Shown: piece by piece, positions 13,527 to 28,327 of the stretch
Layout: each line of letters begins with the position of its first letter
Numbering within the stretch: position 1 is the stretch's first letter
Translations under genes and position numbers: made by a program
Notes under the pieces: model-generated
What the model was told of the DNA's origin: nothing
The model's input: the letters and a program-made list of their open reading frames with translations, nothing else
Databases searched by the model: none
Assembly: GCF_964204645.1 (NCBI RefSeq)
Contig: NC_134027.1
Span: 3,566,485 to 3,630,484 of the forward strand
Source: Tubulanus polymorphus
Lineage: Eukaryota > Animalia > Nemertea
Length of the DNA: 64,000 nucleotides
Reading direction: 5' to 3'

Positions 13527-15090
13527 CATCAGATGGAAGCTTCGGTTGTTTTAGCCTGAAGAATGTTACATATTTCTTAATATCTCGAATGATTATCTTA
13601 TGTATGTCATCAGTTAAATTGCTTTAATTGCTAGTTTATGTCTCAAGTTGATACATAGTTTGATATAGTTAGTGGTTAGTTCAGTATGATTGAATACAGT
13701 TTATATAACGTACTCAAAGTTTATTCAGTATTTTTATATGAATTGTCAATGACAGTATTAATACATGTATGCGGCATTATTTTTCACACGAGATATAGCC
13801 AATTCTAGTATTTAGAGGGTCAGAGGTAAAAAATTGGATTTAGGAGGCCTCGTCGAGTGCATGTATTTACCTAAAGCACACCATTGACCTGACGTAGAAT
13901 ATCTTTCAGTACGAGCTGTTGATCTTATGAATCTCATTCGGAGCCGTTTTAACTTCATGCATGCAGGCAGCTAGTGGAGGTAAAATGTATTTGGATTTGT
14001 ACCGATTGTATGTTTTCGATATGTAACAATATTGGTTACCTATTCAGCTGCTTTTTTGAATTTCATCATTTAGAATAGAAGAAACTTGGAAAAATTGTAT
14101 TCCAATTACGATTTACCAGTTTTATATTTTCTAAAACTCGAAGCATACTATACTACGAACTGGCTTTATAAAATCCTTCCAATTACTCGATTACATAGTT
14201 TGTCACATTAATCTGCTCTCCTTTCTTATATGCCACAGCTCTAGTCCTTCGTGCATAATTTCATGTATTGACACCTCTTCAATATTGTTATCTTTGCTTG
14301 CCATAATAACGTTATGATTATACATACTATCACTGGTCTTACGAAAAAAGTCATTGCTATTTTTGTCAATATTTTTATATATTTCCATTTTCTTGTACAT
14401 TCCACAAAATGTCAGACGTATGTTACTTAGAATTCTACAGCTTCATTCAGTCAGTGAATTCAATAAACGTTGATGTTGAAATTTGGCAATTTCTTGTCTT
14501 ACTGATATTGCCAATTGCTTGCCAAAAATCATAATCTTTCCAATTATCGATAATTGATGTATAAAAAACAACAATCGTCGAATGCTAGCAATGGTTATGG
14601 ATATGTTTGGCGAAATCGTTGACGGATATAAATGACAGTTTGTGAAGAGAATGATAATGTTTATGTTTACCACTTCGTAAATAATGCCAGGGGTTTTGAT
14701 AGAAATATCAATGAGGCAAGGAAAAATTCATAAAAGTTATGTTCACTTTTTTGTGTGTACAGTAATTTCGGCTATCTTCTGTTTGAATTCATACAAGCCT
14801 TCGTCGTACTATAAGTTGTTTATTATTGTGTGAAAGTTTTATATCTTCTTGTCCGGAAAATGTCCGTGCTATAACTTTTCGCTCTATTCAAAAAATGTAT
14901 ATGAAATTGCAGTATATTCAAAAAAGTGTATAAAAGACGGATACGTATATGATGTGATGTGGTGGAATGCTGTATATAGTTAAAGAGTGCGAGGACGTAC
15001 ATTTATCATTATAGATCTATAAGTTATTTCACATTCTGTATTGACCATTCCATGAAAAGAATAACAATTAAAGTTAGTAATTAATATGAT
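13527..15090 (+). other. Probable long AU-rich 3' UTR of teashirt
   Basis: T/A-rich sequence with many TGTA words follows the stop. ATTAAA at ~15067 is followed by a T/GT-rich tract. The end point is inferred. Confidence 0.4.
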
Positions 15091-18000
15091 TTCTATATAT
15101 ATTCACCGTCTTTACGTTTGTTATTGTTTCTTTTCATCACTTCCGGTGGATTTCCTCTGGCCGATGACTAGTTCAGATCCATCATAGGAATGTTACGTAC
15201 ACAATTATCTTGATCAGGATGACGAATTTGATACAACATAATGCATTTTCGTGTTCATGCCTTATCCGCTATCTTATCCCTAAGTAGTCATCATATGTTT
15301 TCGTTGAAAGATATGCATACGTTGTACATGAAGTGTACACTGTCTTATGAATACTGTGACGTTGTACTTATCAAGTTGATCATCGTTCGTCTGCTTCCTA
15401 GATACAAAAGCGTTAAATGCGCTTATACTTAAAATATCACATGGTGGTATTTTTGATAAATTTGCATTTTCCGGTGGAAGTGCCTCTCGTTGTTGACGTG
15501 ACAATGATAAAATTTCGGATGAAATTACATTTTTGATAAATTGTCGTTTGTAGGGATGATTTCAGACACGCCCGCGCCCCGGTTTACCTGCCTAACTTCT
15601 CATATTTCACTGTCAAACCTGTCCAGGGTGAAGACTGCGCACCGATTAATCGTGGGCTAGATACTTATAAAATATCATCGGCAGGCCATTAATTACGGTC
15701 ACAATGGGATTTCCCGGCTCAGCAGCCAGCAAACATCGACTTGACTGATACGGTGAGCCAGATTAATCGTGTGCACATTCATCACTACACGTATACGGCA
15801 AAATGTCAGCTTTGTGCAGTCGCATGGATTTTATTAATTGACGACCTGAGTGGATAAAACAAGCACAAAACAATCCCAAACCACTTTGCTCAATCAAGTT
15901 TGTAAAAGATGGATGGTACCTAGCTCATTTAGTGTCAGCTGGTCTTCATTGATGATCGGTTGGTTTTTATATACGTATGGTAATTTTGATGCGTCTCTAC
16001 AGGGGTGTGGTCAGTTTATAGTTCCTCTCTCGAATACCTAGCTGCGTACATATCATACATGCATGCGCTGGAATTACAACATGCCTCACACGCAAAAAGA
16101 ACAGGAAGCTATGAACATAGTTTCATTGTGGGTCTTGAATTTGCTTAGTACGATTCCCTTATTCCATCGGAAATATGTCGTTAACATTTTCGCTATGGTT
16201 ACATAGGACATGATTTATCGGCAAAAAACAGACCCTGGATAACAGTGAAATTAAACATTGTTTTTTTACGATTTACGAGTGAAACCAAATAGAGATTTTC
16301 TGCATCGCTCAGGAGACATTTCATTCAAAATAAGCATTCATTCTAGGCACTTAAAATAAAACGTTTTAGGTGATTGGAAAGTTGCAGGACCTTCGGGGAC
16401 GGTGTGCTCGAGTTTTTTGCTTTTGTTTTCAAAAAATCCATTTACCAAAATTTGAAAATTAGAATGCATAGGCTGAACGCCATAAAACAAATAGCAGTCA
16501 ATTAAAAATCGATGATTACACTCATTAGCAACCGGTAAGAAAGAGAAATGATTGATAGGTTTTCAGAATCGGTGATTGAACGTGACTTTAAATGAACCCA
16601 TATATACGTTTCGATATACATTTACTGCTCATAGTAACAGGTTATAAACGAACTAAAATTTCATAATAAACGCCCATATTTTATTTGAACGACAGGTTTT
16701 CTGACAGATCTTTTCAATATTCGGAGATTTATGGGACCGCGTCAGTCGGTCCTTTGTCCGCGTGTGGTTTATATGCATGACATCACGACGTGGTTCCAGC
16801 GTCAACGGCGGTGCGGTGCGCCATTCTCTTCTTTTTTTTATATAAATGCGGGCTTATATACAGCCGACTTTGTTGATCGGCAGAGAAAATCATGATTTAT
16901 AGTTTTTGTAAATAGGTGTAGTTTGATTTGCATATCTGACACTTCTGATTGCTGTCGTTTATCATTCGAGGTCGGTCACTCGTCTCATCAATACTGGGCT
17001 TTGACATTCTGCCTTTAAAGCGCGCACCCGATACACATTAATTGTACTATTAATCACAGCAATTCTGATGTCAATTCATAGAAAGCTTTTCATCTAATTG
17101 CAATTTGGAAAATGTTTATTGTCCATTCCTGTCATTCTTTTGTTGTTTTACTGGTGATTACATCAGCCCCAAAACAGCGGTTGCAAGATTCGCATTTTCC
17201 CTACAAAACAATATTAAACTTCTTTTGAAACACACTCGTCAAGTAAACCGTTATATGTGTGCAGGAAGAATGTTTTTAAGTGATGATGGCTGCACGGGAC
17301 GACAGGAGGAAATGATGATTGATTGTAAAGAGCAAGAAAGCTCCATTCCGCTATTCCCTGTTGAAGGCCGACATGCTTGCTTGTAGTTTGGGTTGGGTTG
17401 CAGCATGTCCACCAGGACCAGTTCAGTACGAGCGCTGCGTGCCTAGTCCTTTAAAAGTTTAATTAGGGGAGCACTGCTAGCAGGCTTCTTGAGAGTTATT
17501 TGACATGTCGGGCCTGTATGCATCAATTATGACTCCTATAAATCACTCTGAACACTAATGTTTATATGCTGCAGTGGTGATTGATGGTGTCAGCCCAGCT
17601 ATGAATAAAATTCTTGACAATGCACATTACCAAATAAGGTTACATCTGTAGTTTTTCAATTTCAGCGAATCGTTTGAAACACCCCTGCTGATTCGGAAAG
17701 GCCTTTTGAAGAAAAATGCAGAAGGAGGGGTAACGAAACTTAATGAAGAGCCTGAAACAAAATAATTTCCGTATATGGTTCATGAAAGCTGCCATTATCT
17801 CTCTCAGTTTCAGTTACATATACATGTATACCTATATAAGTCTCCAAAAATTGTTGCTAAATGAAAATGGCTAGTCCGGAAAGGACATCTCAAAGGCACG
17901 TTTGCTTGAATTTACGACACAGATGGTGCCCAAACAAGAACCGGTGTTTATTAATTGCAGTAGCAACACATTATATTCGTGTCAACGCATTTGACAAATG

Positions 18001-21000
18001 AAGAAACAACATACTTGGCCGCTCTTAGAGGATATTAAAAAGCGATAAGTTAAGATACACGTAGCAAAACGAGTGACACAGCAGCTTGAGAGTCATTGAT
18101 CACAAATGAAACGGTGTATTTCAAAATGTATAGATATACAGTTGAAAGGGAAAACGACGTATTTACTGCAATCCGACACTTTCATGCATTGACCTTTTAT
18201 TACTTTCTAATCTCTTCTTTCATATTCAAACATATATTTCCTTAAGAACTGAAACACGTTTCGAACACGTGAATAACGATTATCCACTAATCGTTATTTC
18301 ATCAAATAGATGTTCCAGATGACGCGTTGAGCGTTGGCGACCATACACAACTGCGGCATCACTCAAATAGCTACGCGTGGCTTCATCTTCATCCTACCTA
18401 ATGCATTTAAACTCTTCAAAACAATTTTTCGAGCTTGATGTTCCTTCAGAAGCTACGAAATAACTTTGAAACTACACTTTTAAAACTCATTTATGCAGAT
18501 GCAGACTAAACAATTCGAGTTTTGTATAGGCATACTAATTTTTTAAATTTCCATCCATGGCATTAAGATATATGTGTTGTAATATTTGTGGGTGTTATGG
18601 AAGCGGCAACGCCTGCGAAGGAACCCAGTGATACATTGCCTTAGCTGCTTTAAAAATTGATGTTTTGCCCGTTAAGGCAATATGTGCGGACTATGATGTA
18701 TTTGTCAAACTGACAGTTGCCAATCTTGGACAGCTGGTGCGTGACGCGATTTCAGTCCAACTCGTCTCCTGTTGACAGTATCTACAATACACGTGGTTCA
18801 TGCAGGAAGTCAATGACTGATTGGACCGGGCAGCACAGATGGCGACCCCGATGTAAGAGAATACGGGGCCGTAATCGGGTTTGTGGAAAATGTTTCAACA
18901 CTGCGCGTCCATATCGGATTGATCGATGACCGATACGTCCTTTTTGAATGTGTAAACTTATGAAAAATTCAATTATTTAAACATCTGGCTTTAAAAGAAA
19001 TACGCGGTACGATAGACAGGATTATTGTGAAGACATTCTCACTTACTGTATATCCCTATTATTGGCGATATAAATGGTAAATTAATGCCGCAGGTTTCAC
19101 ATCAATTAAGATATTTGAGAATAAAATCGAAGTGCATTTTATGTCCAACAGGTGTGTTTTTATGTTTCGCATGATCCCTTTATGACAAAGGACGATTGAT
19201 TACCGTTGTTGATTTTGGCCATAATATTTCGGATTTGTGTCAAATTACATATCATGCACGTGTTCCCACGAAAACAATGGCATCCACGGGACATTTACCA
19301 TCCAGGTTTGTCTTCTTACTCGATCGAGTAAATTTGGCGTATTGATCAAGTTGATCGGAAATTTATCTAAGGCTTCAATGAGTTGATGTGATGGGTAGTA
19401 ATTTACCGTATTATCATTAATTTGGACGCACAATTAATTGCGTGTCTCCTAAAAACAGACAGAAAACACAGAAACTTAAACACAAACTCACATTTCAATA
19501 GATAGGGTCTATTGTTTTATGGTTATGTGACAGAGATGATAAATGGACTAGCTCCCTGTCCATAGTTTCATTGGGTAGTGTTGTTGTTCCTGGTTTTTCA
19601 TTACAGTTAGCAGAGGTTTCCGTCATTTCCGTTTACAGCCGAGACTATTCGAGCTTCTGAACCATAAAAACGTGTGTTCATCGAAATGTCGTCAGATAAC
19701 CTACTCCTAGATGATTCGTCCATCACGGGAGACATTTTTGCTCATCATTTCTGACACGACACGGCGGAATCTATACAACGGGACTAATACACGTCCGGTA
19801 TCGTTAGCTCGCTTCACCTCCCCACGGGCGGATTCGGTAGCAGTTGCCCGAAGAACCCCAAACACCTTGTGACAGTCCGATTAATACTGAGTGACAGCAA
19901 GTAAGCTTACTGCATATTGATCACTTTGCAGAGATGGAATAATTGACAAATAGCGCTGTTTGATCCCCGTTGTATTTTTCATCTGTTGCTAATGTGTTGG
20001 CGAGAATTGTAACACGTGACTTGCATCCGGAATAAACAAACTCCCATCATTTTGATGAAAATATATGGGACGTCAAACGTGGCATGGGACCAACAAATAT
20101 CAGACAAGTTGGTCTACCTGTCTTGCTACGTCACGCCCATGTGGTTTCTTTATAAGATACATGTACTCGTGGGAGCTTAGCGAACTACCGATGATTACGA
20201 AACACGAAACAAAAGAAATTATCGAATTCGTGCGGATTTCGTTAGGTTACGAAAATCATCGGTCTACACGATATTGAGATCAAGGAGTCTGACTGATATC
20301 GTATCCATTGAGCTGGTAAAACTGGCCTTGCGCCTAGTCACTGTAAGTGTCGCTCGTGACCGGGAAACTTTTGCCACACCCCCATATCACACATAACACA
20401 GAAAAACGATGGGATGAAGTATTGCTAAGAGGGACATGTTTCATTTCAGTCAATTTGTCAACAAATGGGCTACAGTATACAAGGTCCAAAGGCAATCTAT
20501 AATTGCCAAGTTAAAATTAATGGCTGGAACTTTGTGACAGTGCACCATCATCAGTTATCAAGTCATTAAACCCTGAGTGGCAGGAATAGTAAACACATCA
20601 TGGACGATATATCATAGAAACTTGACAGACAGTATATTTGCTAAGGTTAACATGAAAAGCAAACCATCCTGCGCCATCGACTCCTCCGACACCAACACCA
20701 CCCGCTCACTGGAAAATGTGTCACAGTCGACGGTGAAGGTCACTAGTAGGCGTACTGACCAACAATCTACATTGGTTGAGAGCCATGGCCTCTAAACTCA
20801 TCCGTTTTTTCGTAAAGCCCATGGCTTGGCACATCGACTATAGTTCATGAACGACGAATTATTGTCATAAAGAGAACTTCGTGTGAAAGATTTGCCCATT
20901 TAAGGGCGTCGTGCGATGGCGGTGTCAAAACTTATTTTCAACCGACCAACATCAAGTGACAATGAATACGGTCGTCTATCATCGTCAATGAATATGACTT

Positions 21001-24000
21001 GTATCTTAATCTTTAACAGTAGCTATATACGCTTATACATTCAAATAGTTTAACTTAAAAATGAGTGTGAAGTTCAAAATGAAGTATCTATAACCATAAT
21101 GTTATGCATAAGCGTTGGGCTTGGCTTGTCAGTTATTCTGTCCATGTTTGGTACTTGTATAGCGTCAAGTCGTTAATGTGCTGTTAACGTGATTTATATC
21201 TGACAGGTCTTGACGAATGCCCCTCATGATCATCAGTTGCTCTGGCGACGATTTAATGACCGCCATGCCGGCAAAACAAGGCTTTTTATCTCGGCTAACC
21301 GGGCAATCAGCTGCCAGAACACAGGGGCATCTTAATTAAACAATTTTTGCGCGTATATATACACAGCTAAATTGATCGGGTCGACATTGAGGATTATGAA
21401 CCAACATGTATAATGGCAAATAAGATTGTGTCGTATCCACGAAAACCAAATCACAGGCTCAAGAAGCGCAGGAAGTTAATCGCTAACTTAGCCGAACTGG
21501 TAACAGCGCCTAAGTGGAAACTCACTCGATCCCTTGAAATTACACTCATCTATACCTAACTGATATAACTCTATTTTTCTTGTTTGTTTTCCTGGTATTC
21601 ACTGCGAAGAAACTTATAGTTAAAACCTGGCACGTTTTTTAAGTCATTTATCATGCCACTTTATTGTATTCAATAAGTGTTCTTTGACTGACAGGTTGAC
21701 TAGCAAGACGAATCGTTTGTTTTCTCTGTTTGTATAATCTTGCCGGAGTAATCATTCTGACGGGAGCTGCGCGCAAAATGCGTGCCTAGCTCTTCTACTG
21801 CGGGTCTTCCGCCGAAAATCAGTTGCAGATTATTGCATCCGGTATCATTTGTGAAAAAAGTAACGCTGATATAACTAACGGCTTGTTGTTCCATGGGGTG
21901 AGCATTTTATGATGAATTTCATTAATGATTCATTGCATTTTCCTTGAGTATAAGATATGTTGTCACATCTTTCGCTACATTTAAAATATCGTCACTGGGA
22001 TTTCTTGAGAACTTTTTGTCTACAGAATACATAAAGCTTCATTAGATTACCATCAGAGGCGAGAAATTATTTCAATTCTACATTCTTTAGCAGGATATAT
22101 AACAATCATGCGGATAATTACGTATTTATGGGTCGATCGACTGCATCAACTGCAATTTTTCCTTGTCCATTTTTGGCGCCATCAAAGTGTCCCGCGGCCA
22201 AGCATATGTTCACAACCACAGACATTATCTCGACTGTTTCGTGTGATTGATGTGTAGTGAAAATCATTATCGCGAACAACGGACATAAATCAAGCTCCAA
22301 GAGCCAAACCTGGGTAACAAACATAAAGGAAGCCACTATTCTGCATTCGCAATAGCGCAAAAATTATTTCCTCGGTTTTATTTGACGCGAAGTTAAATAT
22401 CATACGATGCAGGCCCTAGAATTGAGAATTTCAAGATGGCCGCTATAATGCCCAGATACTGGCTGTTAGTACAATCATGGTACAATCTACGGATTAGTAA
22501 TAACGTTTGTAGAGTTTCAAATAAATGATCCTAGGTACATAACTAACACATCTTTGCAACAAGAACCACCATTGCGCGATAGAGGTACTCGTATTTAGTT
22601 ACAGATCAATGGCTAAACTGAAAAAAATCGTTTCTTCAGTCTGTACTGGGTTAGCTGTTCTAATACAGGGTGAAGTTTTGTGAAGTTACAGTAAGTACAA
22701 ACTGAAGCAAAAACTTTCTGATTACAACACATTCTGAAAGTGACATAAAAGGGATGAAATTTTTATGACGTGACATCCATGTCTGTAACCTGCTTTGCGA
22801 GATTTTCTCGCTTGTTTGGTTACTGTCAAGTTACATTAGGGCGCCGCGACGAGGCTTGTTGCGCTAGTTAGGTGTCTTTCAACCCCACCACGACGCGACT
22901 CCGTGCTGAGTACGTCGATGATGAGATTCGTCGCGACAGCACATGATAAACTGTCAAATAAATAAAACCTTTAAAGATGAATATATGAAAACTATGAACT
23001 ACTGTCACAATGGATCGTAATTAGACGCGAGTTGTCTGTCAAACGAGCTGACAGGGGGAAAGCGCTGAATCAATCACAATGCTCATTTACATTCACGATG
23101 ATGCCATATTTTCCGATAGTCTGACCGAATCAACGAGACCATCCGAAAATGAGGATTTCAGAGGAAATCACCTGGGATTCTATAAGCCGTTATTGCGATA
23201 AGCAAAAAAACGAAAAATCATCGTATCACTCCAAATTTCCATACCGGTACAGTATACTGCTATTACCAAAAACCATAAACCCAATCTACAATAAATTTCT
23301 ATCTACATATTATAGTCTTCGAAAGATCGGCCTCACTGCATCATCAATGCGTACAAGACAGTTTGGTTGTGAGGCGATGCGAGGAGCGATCATTAATTTA
23401 AAGTTCATAACACACACTTGACATGATTGTCACATTTGAAGATGATAAATGATCGGCTGTCATAAAGCGTCAGTCATCGCAGTCGCGAGGTCTACGTAAA
23501 TCCCTCCGTGAAATCGTGCTGTCGCGCCAGAGATTGTTTGCAGTATTATCACTGTGTAGAGGGAAATTGAAAATTAAACACCGGCAAAAGAATTCGTAGG
23601 AAAAATGAAACATGGCCATTGCAATTGGCATACGTAGTTTTCTTTTATGTCACCAAGCCATGATTCCTGACGCTATATTTGTTGGTTCGTACTCATTATT
23701 CGGCCGCATTGGGTTAGGTGAAACCGGCGAGAGATTTATATTCTTTGTAAAAAGCTTTGCCTGTCGTTAGGCAATTAATAAGACCGCATAAGACTGACCA
23801 GTGACAGTTTTAAGGCTATTCTTGAGCAGAAAACTGATCCCTTCATCAATCAAGTGCTGTCAGAAAAATTGGACGTTTGATGAATGTTCTGGATATATTG
23901 GCCTACAGGCAAATGATATATAGATGGAATTCTGGCAGAGTGGTATGTCATAAATTTTGTTTTCCAAATGATATTGGCTGATGTAATGGCTCAGGACGTG

Positions 24001-27000
24001 ACAGTACTCTGTACAAGCTCTTACATCAAGCTCAAACAGAATGGATAGCCATACCACTGACGCCATGAAAGTCCAAGTTTCTGACACTTGGATGATTTGT
24101 GGTCCCCAGTCCTCTTTTTTTCAAAGCGTTGTGAACGAAATTGTTCATTATGGAGTAATACGTCATCTATATAGTGACGGCTTACTTTGACAGTTAGGTA
24201 TAAACTGTACACTTGCCTGTACCAACAAAGACCCTTCAATAAGCCCGGTTGCGGGCCGATATACCGTAGATGTAAATATTTAGGGTGTTTGAAACTGGCT
24301 AACCTACCATATCCACAAGACAGCTTGAGCGCATTTTGCAAACGGCGGTCAATCACTGACCTTTGTGCCTACATGTATTACTATTCGATGATATGCTTAT
24401 TTATCTTTGGAACTCTCAATTACACGAGAACTTTGTTCGTATCTTAAGATTAATGTTCGGGATCCTATGAATGAATGAAAAATAAAAGATTTAGATTTTC
24501 ATGTTGACAAAAAACGCAACATGAAACTATAACCCGGAGTGTGAAATTTTATGCAAATACTGTTGAGTTGATCAACCTTAGGTAATTGGTGATCAATATC
24601 ATCCCTGTCGAAATAAATCTCAATCGCTGACATTGCCTCGAATTTCCACTTGTAGAACTATAAATCATGGCGGTGATGTATGCTGAAATTAAGAGGCTTC
24701 GAAAACGTTGGTCGATCATGCAAGGTTCGCATGTCCAGTCACCAACGTCGCAATAAAGTAAATTTATGATACCAATATCGCAAAACGTATTGGCCACTTA
24801 CATGACACATTTCTGATTGACACAAATAACAGTAAATTGTCGCAAATCAGAGGGAAATCGGTTGTGTCACGTATCCTTGGCATGAACAAACGATTCAGCG
24901 GGGAAAAGAGCGATTTCTTGACCACACGACTTTTAACTAAAAACTTAAAAAACATCATCAGACATTAAAATAACAAACGTGTTTATGACCTCATAAGTAT
25001 ATATATATGTATATAATATGTACCCTTTTTATCAATAGTCAAAGTAAAAAAAAAGGAAGAGAAATGGATATTTTGCAAATGTACATATATTTAGTACAAT
25101 CATTCTCGCCACGTTGTTGAGCTGTAATTTGGTTGAATAAACTAAACATAGTGACGCAAGTTTATACGGGAGCTGACTTGACGGATACCCATTATTGGTG
25201 ATTAATGCTGTAATATATCAATTCGTTTAAGCTCCTTTATGAGCCTGATCCACGAGACGAAAATGTGTAATCTTTTCAACTACATTTTGCATAGTTCATA
25301 CATTGAGGGCGGGTTACCATCATCAAAATCTTGATCACGTGATGCGAACCACGTGGTTGTATTCGCACATGTCCTTGACACTGCCTTTCGATCTTGAGAG
25401 TTAGGGTTGAGTACTTTTCTGTGCACTCGCACGAAAAAGTAGGCTACATTTCTCTAGCAGTCAATCCGCTACCCGTTTTAATTCCGTTCGTATTAAAACA
25501 AACGAGATGTTTGAAGTAAAATTGATGTGTAGCTCGTTCATCTTGTGAATAGTCAATGACTCTTGTGTCGTTGGTAAGCTTCGTGAAAAAAGACGAGAAG
25601 ATTTCGCATTTAAATGGACTATCCAATTAGCGTTTTGTTTCACCGGCTTCTCGTCACATTTATCATTTTTCAAACTTGACAAGTTTTAGTTAGTATTATT
25701 GATTAATGCGTATGATTTATTATCATATATTTGTAGGACGTCGTCGTCAACATTAGAATAGGGGACCGCGACTGAAAAATATTGAATCGAGTGCCAATCA
25801 TGTGGTTCGAATCCCTAAACTACGACAATACGCTCAGAATTTTGTTGTTATGATTTGCAATTGTTCAAGAAATCATGTTAATGTCTATTAGATATATAAA
25901 CTACATTCTAAAATACATTTCTTCGTGTCAATAGTGGGTAGTTGTCCGCATCCATAGGGTGAGGAGATTTAGGAAGCCGACTGACAGAAAACTACATTTT
26001 AAATTTCCCTCGCTTGATAACTTTTCGAGCCGATGCGCACCATGCAGCGCCGGGGAATGTTTACTTTTATTATAGAAGACGTTGATTGATGATAATGATG
26101 ATGACGGATTGATTTATAGAGTTCGGGTTTGCCTTGCGTCACGAAATGGTAACAAATCATTCAGCGGAAGATATACCCCGCCTGGGCGTCGAATAAATCA
26201 AACTACAACCATGCATAAGTCTCCGGTCCAATCTAGATTCAAGGACGAGCCTAACGGCTTCCTCCCGAGAAATATGTCATGTATTGAATTCGATAATTAC
26301 AGAGGAAAAGTCGTCCATCATTATATTATATGGCGATTAAGGCTCGTATGATGCATTTTAATATGTAACGAAGCTGATACGTACATACACATCTTTCCCT
26401 CTCGACACCGTCCATTGGAGCCCGACTTCATGAATTGGCTTCAAATGTTCCTCAGTCTAAAATGAATCCAAAGATAGGGCCTATTCCACCCACCATACAT
26501 ACATATATTGCAAACTTGATTATTCAGCATCCAGGAGGTCTACTGTATTTCGGAAATGCTGATCATTGATGTTGCGGTGCCTGAAATTAAATGGTTCAAA
26601 TTGGAATCGGTAAATCGCGCTCGTACGTCAACGACCGTTTTTTCAGGATCTTTCAATCCCACGGCACATTCCTGACTAGCAGACGACTTGATGGAAACAG
26701 AGTGGCTTCTGTGATAACAAAAGCTTTCCTTGACAGAGATTGATAGCGCCATACATCAATGCCAAACTTGATCACCTAATCGTTTGCTTGCGCTTGTTTG
26801 ATCATGCCGACTGCAAACACGAAATACATCATCTTTGATGTGCGTAATGTGGAAAGGGTGGGTGGGGTTTATATATATTTTGTTGTATATTTTCTACCAT
26901 GTCACAGCGCTATAGTAACATGGTCATCGGTGACATTAGTTTAGAACTAAAGAAAATTTCTTGTAAAACTAATTAATCGTGCAGATAGATTGACAGAAAT

Positions 27001-28327
27001 ATAATAAAACTACGTTCATAATGAATTTGAATTTAAGTGAGATTGGCATATTCATTTCCAGTTCCGATAGTATATTGTGGACATATAACTGTGTTGGTAT
27101 AATATACGATGAACTGTTTCCAATCATGCTCGACTTAACCAGTTTTCAATTAAATGTTGATCAAGTATGATTGATTAAGATTAACGCGGGTCTAAGTTTT
27201 TGATTTACGGATCAATGATCGACGCGTAGACTCCTCAGATGACATATCAAATACTACCACGTCTCTCCTCATAGTGAACCACCTTAAACTGATGCCACGT
27301 AGTTTCGCGAAGAATCTGGTTCGGTCATCTTATCAAACTATGATTTCTTTTTTAAAGGAGAGGGATTGTTTTGTATTTTGTAGTCAAGTAAATATTTCGA
27401 TATTCCTCGCAAAACATTCACCAAGAAGAACTAAGTGTTGCGCCCCTACGTACATGGAAAAAATGCCTACATCAGACGACTTATCTGATTATCATCCCGA
27501 ACTGGAATCCCTGAGTAGATGGACCCAATTATCAATTCAATGCCTAGATATTCGTTCAAAAATGATCCATGGTCAACGTGTTTTATATACGCAGCTACTG
27601 GACAGGTCTCGAGGTGTGCGGATATCGTGTTAAAAAGTTTTCGCGTTTCTTCATTCATTACTTATTATTCAAGGAAGGTGGTCGTAACTGTTTTCATCAC
27701 GTGTATGTATCATGTAGATAAGTCACAAGCAGCCATCCATCTCACCTGTCAGTAACAGTGCTTAACTATCTCCATTAATGGCACTAAATGACGGTCGTAT
27801 ATCATGCACTTTATTGCACATAGCTGAAGGAGAGGAGAGACGGCAATTCCATGTCACAGCAAATTTTCAAATAAATCATCAGCTCGCGCTGAAGTTGCCA
27901 ATCTGACAGAGATCCGTTCGAAAACTGCAGAGACAGACGGATTACCCAATGTCGAGTCGTTTTATTAATACTAGATGTCGCTACAGCTATCACGACTTGG
28001 CGGCAATTTCAATTTGCTATTCTCGAAGCAAGCGGAAGAGCTATGATTCAACAAACAGTTCATGCATTTATACGCTGGAAGGGGTCCTTTTGTATGTGAT
28101 GCATCCATTCGAGGAAGGCGAGTAAAATATTCTAAGAAAACTTCACATACGTAATCAATGGCCGATCCCTGTGAAATGCCTCCACCATTCCGTAATACTG
28201 AGGCAGGAAAAGCTTGACCTCTTACAGCAGGATTGATTCATCCAAGATAAAGGATTAATTGACACATTCATATACAATACATAAATCCTTGTATTCGTTA
28301 TAAAATTGTACACAGATCTGAATTGAT

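Noticed and set aside
13524-13559. TGA-C stop context of teashirt as a readthrough candidate
   Set aside because: It would add only ~10 residues before another TGA. It is not the strong TGA-CTA context and shows no visible structure.
15100-28300. Many 60-120 aa ORFs in the gene-free stretch (and in 1-9600)
   Set aside because: They are of the length expected by chance, often start with non-ATG codons, and show no domain motifs or consistent exon chain.
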